From NCBI RefSeq assembly GCF_006345805.1, contig NC_043010.1:20336001-20400000 (forward strand): DNA of 64,000 bases, given 5' to 3'. A program made the position numbers and the translations under genes. This DNA comes from Octopus sinensis. Lineage: Eukaryota. The notes under the pieces were generated by a model. That model was not told the DNA's origin, searched no databases, and worked only from the letters and a program-made list of their open reading frames with translations. This document shows positions 1 through 12,431 of the stretch, piece by piece. How positions within the stretch are numbered: the first letter of the stretch is position 1; each line of letters begins with the position of its first letter.

Positions 1-164
1 TATGTAAAGAAAAGCGTTTAAACAAACACGTCCATGAAGATATTTGCACTGTTTCTGTTACTCATTGTATACAGACATAAGTTTGCCCACTTATCAACTC
101 AGGTGCTTTAGGTGACAATCATTGTAAACACAGCTCTTCTACAGTGTTGTCTAGTTTTGTGGAC

Positions 165-450
165 CACCACCACCACCACCGCCATCATCATCACCACTGC
201 GCTGCCACCACCACTGCCACTGCTGCCGTTGCCACCACAGCCACCACCAATACCGCTGTCACCACCGCTACCACTGCCACAATCACCACCACCAGCACCA
301 CCAGCACCACCACCACCATTGCCGCTGCTACCACCACTGCCGCTGCCGTCGCTACCGCCACAACTGCTGCCATGGCTGCCATCAATGCTGCCACCACCAC
401 CAACACTGCCATCACTACTGCCATCACCACCACCACCACCACTATTACCA
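165..450. repeat. Degenerate (CAC/CTG/CAT)n trinucleotide array
   Basis: Directly visible; it produces the spurious poly-Pro/Thr/Gly ORFs. Confidence 0.9.
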
Positions 451-454
451 TTAT

Positions 455-1345
455 TTAACATCCATCTTCCATGCTGGCATGGGTTGGACTGTTTGAGGAG
501 ATCTGATCGGTTGGAGCAGAGAACTTGTTATGCCGCAATGTCCTGCCTTGGCATGGTTTCTATGAGTGTAGTGGGTGCTTTTTATGTGCCAGGAGAGGCT
601 GGCAGCGGCCATGATCAGTTGGTACTTTTTACGTGCCACTGGCACGGAAGCCAGTCAAGGTGGTGCTGGCATCAGCCACATTCGGATGGTGCTTTTTATG
701 TGCCACCAGCACAGGTATCACAACTACAATTTCCATTTGATTTTTATTTTGATGCTGATGTACTTGACTCAATAGGTCACCTCAAGTACAGCAGGTCGCC
801 CTATGATCCAAGGTAAGCACAGCAGGCTGTTCTGAGATCCAAGGTACTTTGGATGGGCTGGGGCTTCTATGTGAAGCTGGTGCAGGAAACAGCCATGAAC
901 TCACGTTATTTGTCGGGTCTTCACAGTCACAGCATACCTCCAGAGATCTCGGTCTTTCGTCATTGCCTCTGTGAGGCCCAACGTTTGATGGTCATGCTTG
1001 ACCACCTCATCCCATGTCTTCCTGGATCTACCTCTATCCCAGATTCCTTCAACTGTTTGGGAGTGGCACTTCTTCACATATCTCTCGTCATCCATCCATA
1101 GTACATGACCATACCAGCGCAAACGTCTCTCTTGCATGCCACATCAGATGCTTATGTCCAGCATTTCTCTCAGGGCACTTACACTCTGTCGTGTGTGCAC
1201 ACTGACATTACACATCCAGTGGATCATGCTAGCTTCATTTCTTTCAAGCCTACACATGTCCTCTGCAGGCACAGCCCATGTTTCACTACTGTGAAGCATG
1301 GCAGTTCGCACACATGCATCGTACAATCTACCTTTCACTCTGAGT
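455..1345 (-). mobile_element. RTE-clade LINE 3' fragment (RT C-terminus + 3' UTR)
   Basis: KGRLYDACVRTAMLHSSETW...RRLRWYGHVLWM...GRSRKTWDEVV...DRDLWR. The 3' UTR has GTGCC.GTGGCAC-TAAAAAGCACC units and a CCATGCCAGCATGGAA tail. Confidence 0.9.
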
Positions 1346-1379
1346 GAGAGACCCTTTGTCACTAGCAGAGGTAGAAGCT

Positions 1380-1424
<45 letters not shown>

Positions 1425-1462
1425 TGTGTGTGTGTGTGTGTGTATGCATGTCTGCATATATA

Positions 1463-1509
<47 letters not shown>

Positions 1510-2473
1510 TGTGTGTGTTTGTCTCTTTGTCTTTGACATTGCATGATAGCTGTACACAAGTGCCACCATTATGCCAACAACATCCTTCATTTCCAATGTT
1601 CTGGGGAAAGACGTCTGGTCATGGAGTAATACAAACTTACATGGAAACAGACGATGGTTAGCAACAGGAAGAGCATCCAGCCATAGAAAATCCACCTCAG
1701 CAAATACTGTCCAACCCATGCTGGCATGGAAAAGCGAATGTTAAAACAATGGCAATGATGATGGCGACATTGTAAACAAAACACGACTTCATTATTGGAA
1801 CTCAATAAAACTGAAAGGTTTTGGTTGCACAGAGAAAGAAAAAAAAATCTTTCAATTTATTGACATAGTTTCCATAATTGAATGGCTTTGTTTGACCAGT
1901 TGAAGCTTGTTAATAAAATTGGTAATCAGATAACAACAGTAACCTAATTTTTGTTGTTATTATAGAAATTTCATCTACTTGAGAGCCAGTGTTTTACTTT
2001 CAAGATCTATCAGCCTACGAGTAATGCCAAAAAAAAAAAAATGAAAGAAAAAAAGAAAAATGAATCAAACAATAAAAAAAAAAGCACAAAATATTTCTGG
2101 CAATGAAAATTAACCCTTTGATGTGTCACGTGAAGATATTATGTAACTGATATTTCTATATCTGTTGGCACCATTTAGGAAAACCAGAATGTACGTAAGA
2201 CAAATGGTGTCTGTCAGCTAATGAATTGATTCAGTGCAGGTTAATTGGGTTTAGTTTCCTGGAAACTATCTTCCACTTTGCCATGGTTGCGGTTACAAGA
2301 ACACTTCTTCAGTGGCAAATGCTGTGTATGATCAGACATGATGTTTGATTCACAACCATGAGTTAAGTCCCAGGGCGTGGAACAATGTGTAAGCATCTTC
2401 TCTTATAGTCTCAGGCTGACCTCAACCTTGTGAATGGATCCAAAACTTCCAATCCTGACTCTTAGCCTTTACT

Positions 2474-2703
2474 TATTTCTTTATTGCCCACAAGGGGCTA
2501 AACATAGAGGGGACAAACAGGACAGGCAAAGGGATTAAGTTGATTACATCGACCCCAGTGTGTAACTGGTACTTAATTTATTGACCCTGGAAGGATAAAC
2601 GGCAAAGTTGACCTCGGTGGAACTTGAACTCAGAACGCAGCGGCGGATGAAATACCACAAAGCATTTCACCCGGTGTGCTAACGTTTCTGCTAGATCGCC
2701 GCC
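2474..2703 (-). mobile_element. SINE family B
   Basis: Reverse-complement match to the 9298 head, with an alternative tail. Confidence 0.8.
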
Positions 2704-3067
2704 TTAACTGACCCTTGGCTTTTACTGCTCTATCAACTGCTTCATTCCAGCACAATATTTTCATTGGTTTGGTTGGGGTTTTGCCTCAGCCATTTGTATG
2801 GTTACTTGCCTTAAGCCTTTTGCTACCATATTTCTGTTGAGATGTTCCGTGTTTATTTCAATTAATTCTAAATATAAATAAGTATTTAGTAAAATAACTT
2901 AGTATTCATTCAGCTAGTGGTAGGAGCATAAATTATGACTAAGGTTTCGTGGAAGATTTTAATTCAGAACTTTTGAAAACAAGACATTTGTACTACAGAG
3001 CCAAAGGTAGTTTCAGCCAGGTTGATATCAAAACAGTTAAGAATAGTTTCTCTATTACATATTTTAA

Positions 3068-3289
3068 CCGTTTCGTCACCATACTTCTGTTGAGACACTC
3101 TGTGTCTCTTTCAATTAATTTTAAATATAACAAAGAATTTAGTAAAATAACTTAGTTATCATTAAGCTAGTGTTAGGGACATAAATTGTGACTAAGGTTT
3201 GGTGGAAGATTTTAATTCAGAACCTTGGAAAACAAGACATTTGTACAACAGAGTCAGAAGCAGTTTCAGCCAGGTTGGTATCAAAAGGG
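3068..3289. mobile_element. piggyBac-type MITE (TTAA TSD); partial copy just upstream at ~2814-3040
   Basis: TTAA|CCGTTTCG...ATCAAAAGGG|TTAA; same family as 14454-14673. Confidence 0.75.
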
Positions 3290-3607
3290 TTAATGTTACA
3301 CTTATCTAAACTCTTTTCCAAATTGAAAGAAGCCTCTTTCTATGCCTTAAGCCCCTTGATTAGCTCAAAGCCACACCTGCTTCAATACTGCTCCTCTCTC
3401 CCAGTTGAGGTTTTTTGCCTTGCAAGAAACTTGGTGATCCCGTTGCTGCTGTTGACATGTAAAAAGCATACAATGGTATCTGGTGCAGCTCTCCAGCCTT
3501 GCCAGTCCCTGCTCAAACCATCCAACCTTTGCCAGCATGGAAAATGGACACTAAAGGATGATGATGATGATGGGGCAATGATGATGATGATAATAATGGT
3601 GATGATG

Positions 3608-3645
<38 letters not shown>

Positions 3646-5612
3646 CACGCATGCACATTAGATTGTTTGGGAAAACTTTCAACAAGATTGTCAAAGAGGC
3701 AGTTTTCCAGTTAGCAATTAACCTAGTTGCCAATTAACCCAGTTCAATTAACAAACCAACTATTTACAGTCTCCACACAATAACAGAGATGGTGTTTACT
3801 TAATTTATTACATCATTTGTTTGCTTGTTCTTTTTTTTTTTTGCTCTGAATTTCAAAATATTTTCATAGAAATTCTCTCTACATTTTTTTTTTGCTTCTA
3901 AAGTAAGTTAATATCATGTATCCTCCTCCTCCTCCTTTCTCTCCTCTTCCGCCTTGTCAACATTGTCATCACTGCCGTCGTTGCTGTTGCCATTGCTGTC
4001 GGTGCTGTTGTTGTCGTGGTCATCATCATCGTCGTTATCGCCGCTGCCACTACCACCACCACCACCACCACCACCACCACCACCACCACCATCTCCACCA
4101 CTGCTTCTGAATTAAGGAGTAAATGGTTGAGCTTTCCACAGACACATGAATCCTGAACACTGTTCTCAGCGAGACTCAGCGTATGACAAGGTTGTTCCTT
4201 TTCAAGTACAAGTACAATCCAGTCAAGAGGCTTCTGTACAGTTTCCATCTTCCCAAATTCTCTGAGAAGCTAAGAGTTAATCTCAGCCTATTGAAAATGT
4301 GACATTTACCAAAGAATCCCTGTAAGGGGATTGTGTCTAAGACCCCAAATCTGAGAGTGATTCATAATCAAAACTCAGAGTCACAGGTTTAGTGTAGTGT
4401 TACTCGTCAAATAATAATTGGCTAATATCTCATTAGGGATAGATTGGAGTAATGGTGATTTGGTCTGATAACATGAAATGTTTGTGCAATTTGGCTGTTT
4501 CACAACCATCGGAGCTTGAAGCGCTTCTCATGTACGCAGGTTTGTGAGATGGTTGTGATCTATAAACAGTTTTGAGTAGGAACCAGAAAGAGAAGTATGA
4601 ACATGCAAGGCACATTGAATTCGTAAAACAGAAGAGAAGAATAAAAACGTAATGCATATGTCAAGATAAAATGGAAGAGAGGAGGAATAAAATGAGTTAT
4701 ATGATGGTCTGTATGGCACTCTCAACACCACTATCATATGGTTTTGCTGCAGTTTGTCTGTTGTTTAAAAGTCCAGGACAGACTGGAGGTCTGGTGTCTG
4801 CATGACGAAGTTAATGTCGAGAGTGCAGCAGGAGAAAGTATGCAACACTAGAGGAGAGTTCATTTCAAGAATGGATGATTTCAGCTGGTTTGCCATTTCA
4901 CTAGATTTCTCTTCCCTGGAATTCTTTCTTTAAAAAACTGCATTGATATGTAGGCACAAGCATAGCTGTATGGTAAAAATTTGCATCCCAACCATATAGT
5001 TCTGGGTTCATTCCCACAACATGAAACCTTGGGCAAGTTTCTCTACTATAAACCCTGGTTGACCAAAGCCTTGTGAATGGATTCGGCAGAAGGAAACTGA
5101 AAGAAGCCTGTCATATGTGTATATGTTTATATGTGTGTGTGTGTGTATGTCTGTGTATGTTAATGTCTCATTCCTTGACATGCATAATGGTTGTAAGCAA
5201 GTGTCGCTGCACTCATGGTATCCTTCACATCCAGTCTTCCATGAAAACATGTCTGGTTGTAGGAAAATGTCAACTTGCTTTAGAGAATCTGTCTCAATAA
5301 GTTCTGTCTGACCCATGTCAACATGGAAAAGGGGACGTTAATACAGTACTATTAGTAAGTCCTGAAAGGTGTAACAGCCAAAGGAAAACACATGAAATGA
5401 AATTCATAGAGAAAAATCAGACATGAGGAAATGCCCTGGAAAGAGCAGTCAGTTGTGGGACGTGAAAAGGAGATCTTTAAGTGACATCATCTTCCATAAT
5501 TAGACCAAAAAATATTTTCCCAAATGTTATAATCTCATATTTATAAGCATTATTTCCTTTAACAAATAAATAACATATTCAGTTTTTAAATGGTGACACT
5601 TCATGGCAACTA

Positions 5613-5852
5613 CAGGGTTAGGCCAAAAGTCACCCGGCAGTAAATCAAAATTCCATAAAGACTGTGTAATCCTGAATTGACTCGAATGGAAAAATGTGTC
5701 CCTCAAGGACTTCAGTTTGAACAATTTCCATGATTAGAAAATTACTATTTGTAAATCTCACAGCATGAGATATTCAGCAACAGTACTTTGGAGTAAAGAC
5801 TGTTTGCTAACATAACATGGTAGTCCTGGTTTAGGACTTTTAGCCAACCCTG
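5613..5852. mobile_element. Tc1/mariner-type MITE
   Basis: TIRs CAGGGTT(A/G)G(C/G)C.AAAAGTC with TA TSDs; same family as 56305-56537. Confidence 0.8.
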
Positions 5853-5854
5853 TA

Positions 5855-6257
5855 TCTATATATATAAAGATGAGAATGTGTGTCTGTGTGTGTGCGTGTG
5901 TGTGTGTAAGTCTGTCTTTCTGTGTGTCTGTGTGAATCCCTAAAACTTGAGAATTACACAACCAATTTCCTTTCAAATTTTACACATGCCTTACTTAGGG
6001 TCCATGTAGTGTCATAGGCCAAAAAAATTTTTAACTTCTTGCCTAGTGTGAGCCCAGAGTAATATCATATCTCTGCCACTATTTCAGTATTATGTGTCAA
6101 AACTGAAACAATAACATCTCTCTATTGTAATGTCAGATGCCTTCACTTTAATAGTTTCACTTTAATACTGAAACTATTATCTCACATATATACAGGCATG
6201 CATACATATATACATACATACATATATATATAGTATATATATATATATATATATATC

Positions 6258-6294
<37 letters not shown>

Positions 6295-8123
6295 ACATCT
6301 TCACAAATGTATATATAGAGATGTATATATATGCATATATATAGATATAGATGTATATGTATACATGTATATGTATAGCTGTATATGTATATATATAATA
6401 TAGCTGTATATATATATATAATACACACACATATATACATGTATGTATATGTGCATATTCATTATATAAAAGTCAATGACTTTATGTGTGTTCATGTGTT
6501 ACTTAAACATTCGACAACTACTGCACCGATCCTAATGAAATTTGGAATACAAAATTGAAGCCTAGGGAGAAGGGTAATGCTGTATGTTTCATACAATTTC
6601 ATGGACCAAAATTACTGAATGGATCCTTATGATATTTGGAACTTAGATTCAATGCATAAGGGTGGGTATAATGCAATATATTTGGTTTGAATTTGAGATG
6701 GCTTAAAGGGGGCAGAACCCCCATGAAAATTCATAAATTTTTGATGTTGATGAAATGTCAACCATGGGTAATTGACACACATCAAGAGGTATTCTCAAAG
6801 TTTCCACTTCTCATGAGGATTCTAAGACACCCTAATGGGGGTCCCAAATTTTAGTCATTTTTTTATGATCTAAAACTAGGTCAAAAGTACTGAATGGATC
6901 TTTATGAAATTATATTCTATGCATAAGGGCCACAACCTCCATGAAAATTCATATATTTTTGCTGTTGATAAAATTTTAACCATAGTTATTAGACACAATT
7001 GAAGTAATATTTATAAAATTTCATCTTCTTACAAGTTAGAAAGACCCCTTCATGAGGACTTAACATCTACAATTTTGTCATTTTATCTAAGCAAAGACGA
7101 ATACTTGTACTCTTTGAGCTGTAGGGTCACCCGAGCATAAAAGATGAGTGTTATTTGTAATTCAGTGGTACAACAGTGTAAGAGTTTGCTTTGACATACA
7201 CTTACATTGTGATTTCTGCAATGTGGTGCATAAATTGTCAAGTAAATGAGAGACATCTTTGCCTCCACTGATTCAGTTGCAAAGTGTTGAGTAAAGTTAC
7301 TTGGTTGCAGAACCCCTTTCAGTATTTTTATTATCACTGGGTCACGCATAGTTCCAAGATGGCAAAATTGATTTCAAGGCCTTCCCAGTTGAGTGACTGG
7401 TTATTCAAAGACATTTATAGATTGTAAATTTATTCTGTAAATTACATATCAGTATAGTGGTCATTTGCAAACTCCAGAGGTGACACTTTCATTCCTCCTT
7501 AGCCCTCACGTCACACAGTTGTTAATGTTTATTTCAGTTGGGTCATGCCCTTCCAATTGCTATAGATTTGTAATGCATCTTACAGCTGTGCCTGTCATCT
7601 GGATGGTGAGGAATCCTACATCGGGGAGTGGTAACGACTAGGGTACGGTAGCTGACTGCTTATTGTGATCATTCATCTTTTGGTTTCCTGTAGCTTTGCT
7701 CTCTTTTACAAACCTAGTGAAAATATATTTCCTATTTCAAAGAAATTCAAACAATAGATATAAGACCCAAGTTAAAAAGATTCTCAACAATTCAACTTCT
7801 CTGGTTGACATTAAGATGCCCACCCCCAATAGGGACGTTAACTCTCACATTTTAGAGCTCCATGACCTCCATTTTTCAGGAGCAAAATCCTTTTAACAGG
7901 TTCCATAAGACTGGAATTTTGGAATCTGCGTATAAAATCAGTAGTATGGGATACATGTGACATGATTACAATTTTTTAGGGTGTGTAAAGAGGGAAATAA
8001 CCCTCATCTGTTATTTTGATGAAATTCGAAACATAGATATTCCAGTTCATTACAGAAAATATAACAGAAAAGTCTAATTCTTCAATTGCATGTAACTCGG
8101 GCAATGCTGGGTATCTCTGCTAG
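5855..8123 (+). mobile_element. Putative longer non-autonomous Helitron (or nested Helitron ends)
   Basis: A|TCTATATATATAAAG start similar to the 11180 element. The 3' end has CTCGGGCAATGCTGGG, then CTGCTAG|T at 8123. Pairing of the two ends is inferred. Confidence 0.5.
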
Positions 8124-8520
8124 TATATATATATATATATATATATGAATGTATATGCCACAAAACCTCCTAAAACTGGACACCAATATCTAAGAATTGT
8201 CTATTCTTAATTAGATTACCTATGAAGAAGACCAAAGAATACCAGAGTAATCCCTAACATTTTCCACTTTAAAAGAATAAAAGACAACCTTCCACCATCT
8301 AATATGGAATGAAAACCTCTTATAATAATATATTCATTAACTCGTTAGACATGATTAGCACAAACAAAGCCTCTTGACTATGTTAACATTATATTTCATA
8401 AAAGTATATATATTTTATTCAGCATTTCTCTTCTTTTCATATTTTCCTCTACAATTCCCTACGTGGAGGAAAAAATATTTTCCTTCAAGCCCCCCCCCCC
8501 CCACATACACAATGCTAATT

Positions 8521-8901
8521 ATCAGTTGTGAGAGTCTGTTAAGGTCATATTGACATGGCGAGCTGTAACACAATGACCAATTAAGACACTTACAGTTTCC
8601 CTGTTACCATAAAAAAAACACACATTTTGACCTGGAAAACACAGCTAATAACATAAATGCTTTCATTTCCCTGAGGCGTTGAAAATGAAGACATGCAAAC
8701 ACTTGAAGAAACATGTTTCTTCATTCCCAGGGCCTCATGGATCCGAAAGCATTGACCTCGTCAACTGTGTTTTCCAGATGGAAATAGGTTTCTATCATAA
8801 AATGGAAAGTGAAAGTGTTTCAATTGGTTCTTATGTTACGTGCCTCACCCTAACTTAACACACTCATTACTATTTGACCTTAATGACTCTCACAATAGAC
8901 A
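8521..8901. mobile_element. Non-autonomous TIR element (MITE); inverted partial copy at 11733-11990
   Basis: Terminal inverted repeats TCAGTTGTGAGAGTC..TTAAGGTCA / TGACCTTAATGACTCTCACAA. Internal perfect 20-bp palindrome TGAAGAAACATGTTTCTTCA at 8704-8723. Confidence 0.7.
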
Positions 8902-9068
8902 ATTAGCATTAACAAAAACTCGTTCACAGCAGCACAGCATTTCAAAACCATTTTTTTTTTCATCTATGGCTCCCTTTCATTCCTATCTCGTTAGGATGGA
9001 CCCTTGTAGCTACTCCATGGTTAAAGAATCCTATTATATGTTTTTATAATTAAATATTATTAAGAACA

Positions 9069-9510
9069 GGTGGTGAGCTAGTCGAATTGTTAGCATTCCA
9101 GATGAAATGCTTAGTGGTATTTCGTCTGTCTTTATGTTCTGAGATTGAATTCCGCCAAGGTCGACTTTGTCTTTCATTCTTTCGGGGGTTAATAAATTAA
9201 GGCGCAATTGTGTACTGGGGTAAATCTAATTAACTGGCCACCTCCCCCAAAATTTCGGGGCTTGTGCCAAGAGTAGAAAAGATACATGTTAGAGGCAGGC
9301 GGCGAGCTGGCAGAAACGTTAGCACGCCGTGCGAAATGCTTAGCAGTATTTTGTCTGTCTTTACATTCTGAGTTCAAATTCCACTGAGGTTGACTTTGTC
9401 TTTCATCCTTTCAGGGTTGATAAATTAAGTACCAGTTGTGTACTGGGTCGATCTAATCGACTAGTTCCCTCCCCTCATATTTCAGGCCTTGTGCCTATAA
9501 TAGAAAGGAT
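9069..9510 (+). mobile_element. Two tandem copies of SINE family B (GGCGGCGAGCTGGCAGAA head)
   Basis: Copies at 9069-9280 and 9298-9510 share GTTAGCAC.CCG..CGAAATGCTTAG...GAGTTCAAATTCC...GACTTTG.CTTTCATCC. Confidence 0.8.
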
Positions 9511-9839
9511 TTTTAAGAAAGAAATTGTAAAAATATTTGATGTAGAAAATATAAGCAATTTTTATTTTATTCTTTACTTGTTTCAGTCATTAGATTGTGG
9601 CCATACTAGAGCACCACCTTGAAGTGTCAAACCAATCAACCCAGGACTTATTATCTTTTTTTTAAGCCTGGCATTTATTCTTTCAATCGCTTTTGCCAAA
9701 CTGCTAAGTTATGTGTATATGGTATGTTTGTGTGTTGAGTATGGACGTGCAGCCCTTGGGGTGGGGTTCATACCATTTAGGGATTATTTATATAACAATA
9801 ACTTTATGGAATCCCGGTTAATCAGAAAACATCGTTTAT

Positions 9840-10235
9840 CTTTTATTTTTCATTTGTTTCAGTCATTAGACTGTGGCCATGCTGGGACACTGCCTTGAAG
9901 AATTTTTATTCAAATGAATCGACCCTTGTACTTATTTTATTAAAACCTGGTACTTATCTTTTGCCAAACTGCTAAGTTACTGGGATGTAAACACACCAAC
10001 ACTAGTTGTCAAGCCATGGTAATGGACAAACACAAACAGAAAGATATGCACTCATAGATATACAGATATATACAACGGGCTTCTTTCAGTTTCCTTCTAC
10101 CAAATCCACTCACAAGGCTTTTGGTTGGTCCACGGCTATAGTAGAAGACGCTTGTCCAAGGTGCCACATAGTGGGACTGAAACCAGAACCATGTGGTTGG
10201 GAAACAAACTTCTGGCCACACAGCTATGCCTGCAC
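9840..10235 (-). mobile_element. SINE family A
   Basis: Same family. Other copies lie at ~18005-18350(+), 18500-19080(-), 19883-20255(+), 27940-28300(-), 33150-33590(-), 35105-35580(-) and 35865-36230(+). Confidence 0.8.
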
Positions 10236-10890
10236 CTATTGGAGATAAATTTTAACAACAAAATCATATATGCCCCCCCCCCCCCGCCAAGGGCCAAATG
10301 GACCATGGCCGAGAACCCAGGCATTAGATTCCTGCTACAAACTCTTTGGTGAATCTCCATAGGAATCCGTCTGCAGTGGATCTTCACAGAGCTTTATATC
10401 AACACCAACCATACCTTGGCCCTGGTCAAAGTCACATGTTATGAAAAAGACCAGGAAATTAGTTGTGTCTCCTGTTTTTGCTGATATATATATAGGTGTT
10501 AAAATAATAAAATAAGAACAGTAATAAATGAGAAAAGAAAAAAAATATAGTGCTTGCGCTTATTTGGCAAAAAAATAAATATAATGACCATCCCAAAATG
10601 CCACAATATATAAGTGTATATAGCTGGAATTTACAAAAAGCAAAACAAAACAAAAGACAAAGACAGGTGTGTAAACAACAAACAGATGTATTAGTTTAAC
10701 GCTCTGGAAGTGAGAAAGTCTTTAATGTTTCAACAGAAAGGAACAGAGAAATAAACAGGGAGAGAAAAAAGTTTTAGTGGCTAGTGATCAACCATGGCGA
10801 ATGCCAGACAGTGGTGGTCAGACATGTGTATATATATATATGTGTGTGTGTGTATATATATATATGTGTGTGTGTATATATATATATATA

Positions 10891-10976
<86 letters not shown>

Positions 10977-11179
10977 ATACTTATATTAAGGGAGAAAGGG
11001 CGAAAACGACCTACGTTCAACATGCTTGAACATTCTGAGATGCTCAAATACTACTAAAAACACCAAATTATATATACACGCATATACATACATATATATA
11101 ATTATTAATTTAATGTATAAATTACCTGTAAGCTTTTATAGCATGCTGACAAAATCATTAACATGATTTTATCCTTATA

Positions 11180-11566
11180 TCTCTCTCTATATAAACGGCA
11201 GTTTGTCTGTGCGTGTTTCTGTGTGTCTGTTTTCTCGTACCCTCACTCTGACCACGGCTTTCAACCGATTCTGATGAAACTTGACACACACATAGCCCAA
11301 TGTCATAATTCAAAACTAACGCAGCGAAAATTTTGAAAAGTTCCCCCAGTTCTGAAAAAAATCGATAAATTCGACATGGGGTCGAGAATCAAAAAAAATA
11401 AACCACAGACTGTCTAGGGGACGCAACTCAAACTTTTTTTACTCTCAAAAAAAAATTTACCATCATTTTTTTTCCATTTTTTTGCTATTTTTTGGCTATA
11501 ACTCTCTAAAAATGCTTTATAGTTATTTCCCTTACAAACCTGAGCAACGCCGGGCGATACTGCTAG
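11180..11566 (+). mobile_element. Non-autonomous Helitron
   Basis: 5' A|TC start, 3' CCTGAGCAACGCCGGG hairpin followed by CTAG|T, no TSD. Confidence 0.75.
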
Positions 11567-11572
11567 TTATAT

Positions 11573-11619
<47 letters not shown>

Positions 11620-11732
11620 TATATATACACCGTCTAACCCATGGTAGCATGGAAAACAGACATTAAATGATGATGATGATATATATATATATATATATAT
11701 AATATATATACACACATAAATATATATACATG

Positions 11733-11990
11733 TCAGTTGTGAGAGTCATTAAGGTCAAATAGTAATAAGTGTGTTAAGTTGGGGTGAGGCACGTAACATA
11801 AGAACCAATTGAAACACTTTCACTTTCCATTTTATGATAGAAACCTATTTCCATCTGGAAAACACAGTTGACGAGGTCAATGCTTTCGGATCCATGAGGC
11901 CCTGGGAATGATGAAACATGTTTCTTCAAGTGTTTGCATGTCTTCATTTCTGAGGCCTCAGGAAATGAAAGCATGTTTTCCAGGTCAAAA
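11733..11990. mobile_element. Truncated inverted copy of the 8521-8901 element
   Basis: Reverse complement of ~8620-8901 at high identity. Confidence 0.8.
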
Positions 11991-12014
11991 TACGTATAAG
12001 TTTCTATGTATGTG

Positions 12015-12065
<51 letters not shown>

Positions 12066-12396
12066 TTATATATATATGTATGTATAACTATATAAAGTTG
12101 CGTCTGTGTATATATGTATTCAGTTTTACTTCTAGGTTTCCTCGCCTATGGACAAAGGTTAAATACACACACACACACAAATTTAGTAGTCACACAACCT
12201 AGTGAAAATAGCGGCCAAAACTCTCATAAACAATCTCTTTAAATAAGAGCTACATTGAACAATAAAGTTCCTGGTAACCGAATGACAGAACTGCTGCAAC
12301 ACTTTAAGTTATACTAAGCCATATATGGGACTATGCTATCCTGTGTGGACTTTCTGTTTGCTGAGTGATTCACTGCCCTTGTTGACCCAGTTACTG

Positions 12397-12431
<35 letters not shown>

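Noticed and set aside
108-816. Pro/Thr/Gly/His-rich ORFs of 86-234 aa
   Set aside because: They are translations of a trinucleotide array plus an RTE 3' UTR; all frames are open because of low complexity.
4433-4940. Non-repetitive stretch with a possible minus-strand acceptor (TTTATAG| near 4560) and a short terminal ORF (SQPSHKPAYMRSASSSDGCE...)
   Set aside because: There is no recognisable homology or partner exons, so it cannot be supported without RNA-seq.
11268-11285. CTGATGAAAC resembling a hammerhead core
   Set aside because: It has no stem II or flanking stems and is part of the Helitron 5' region.
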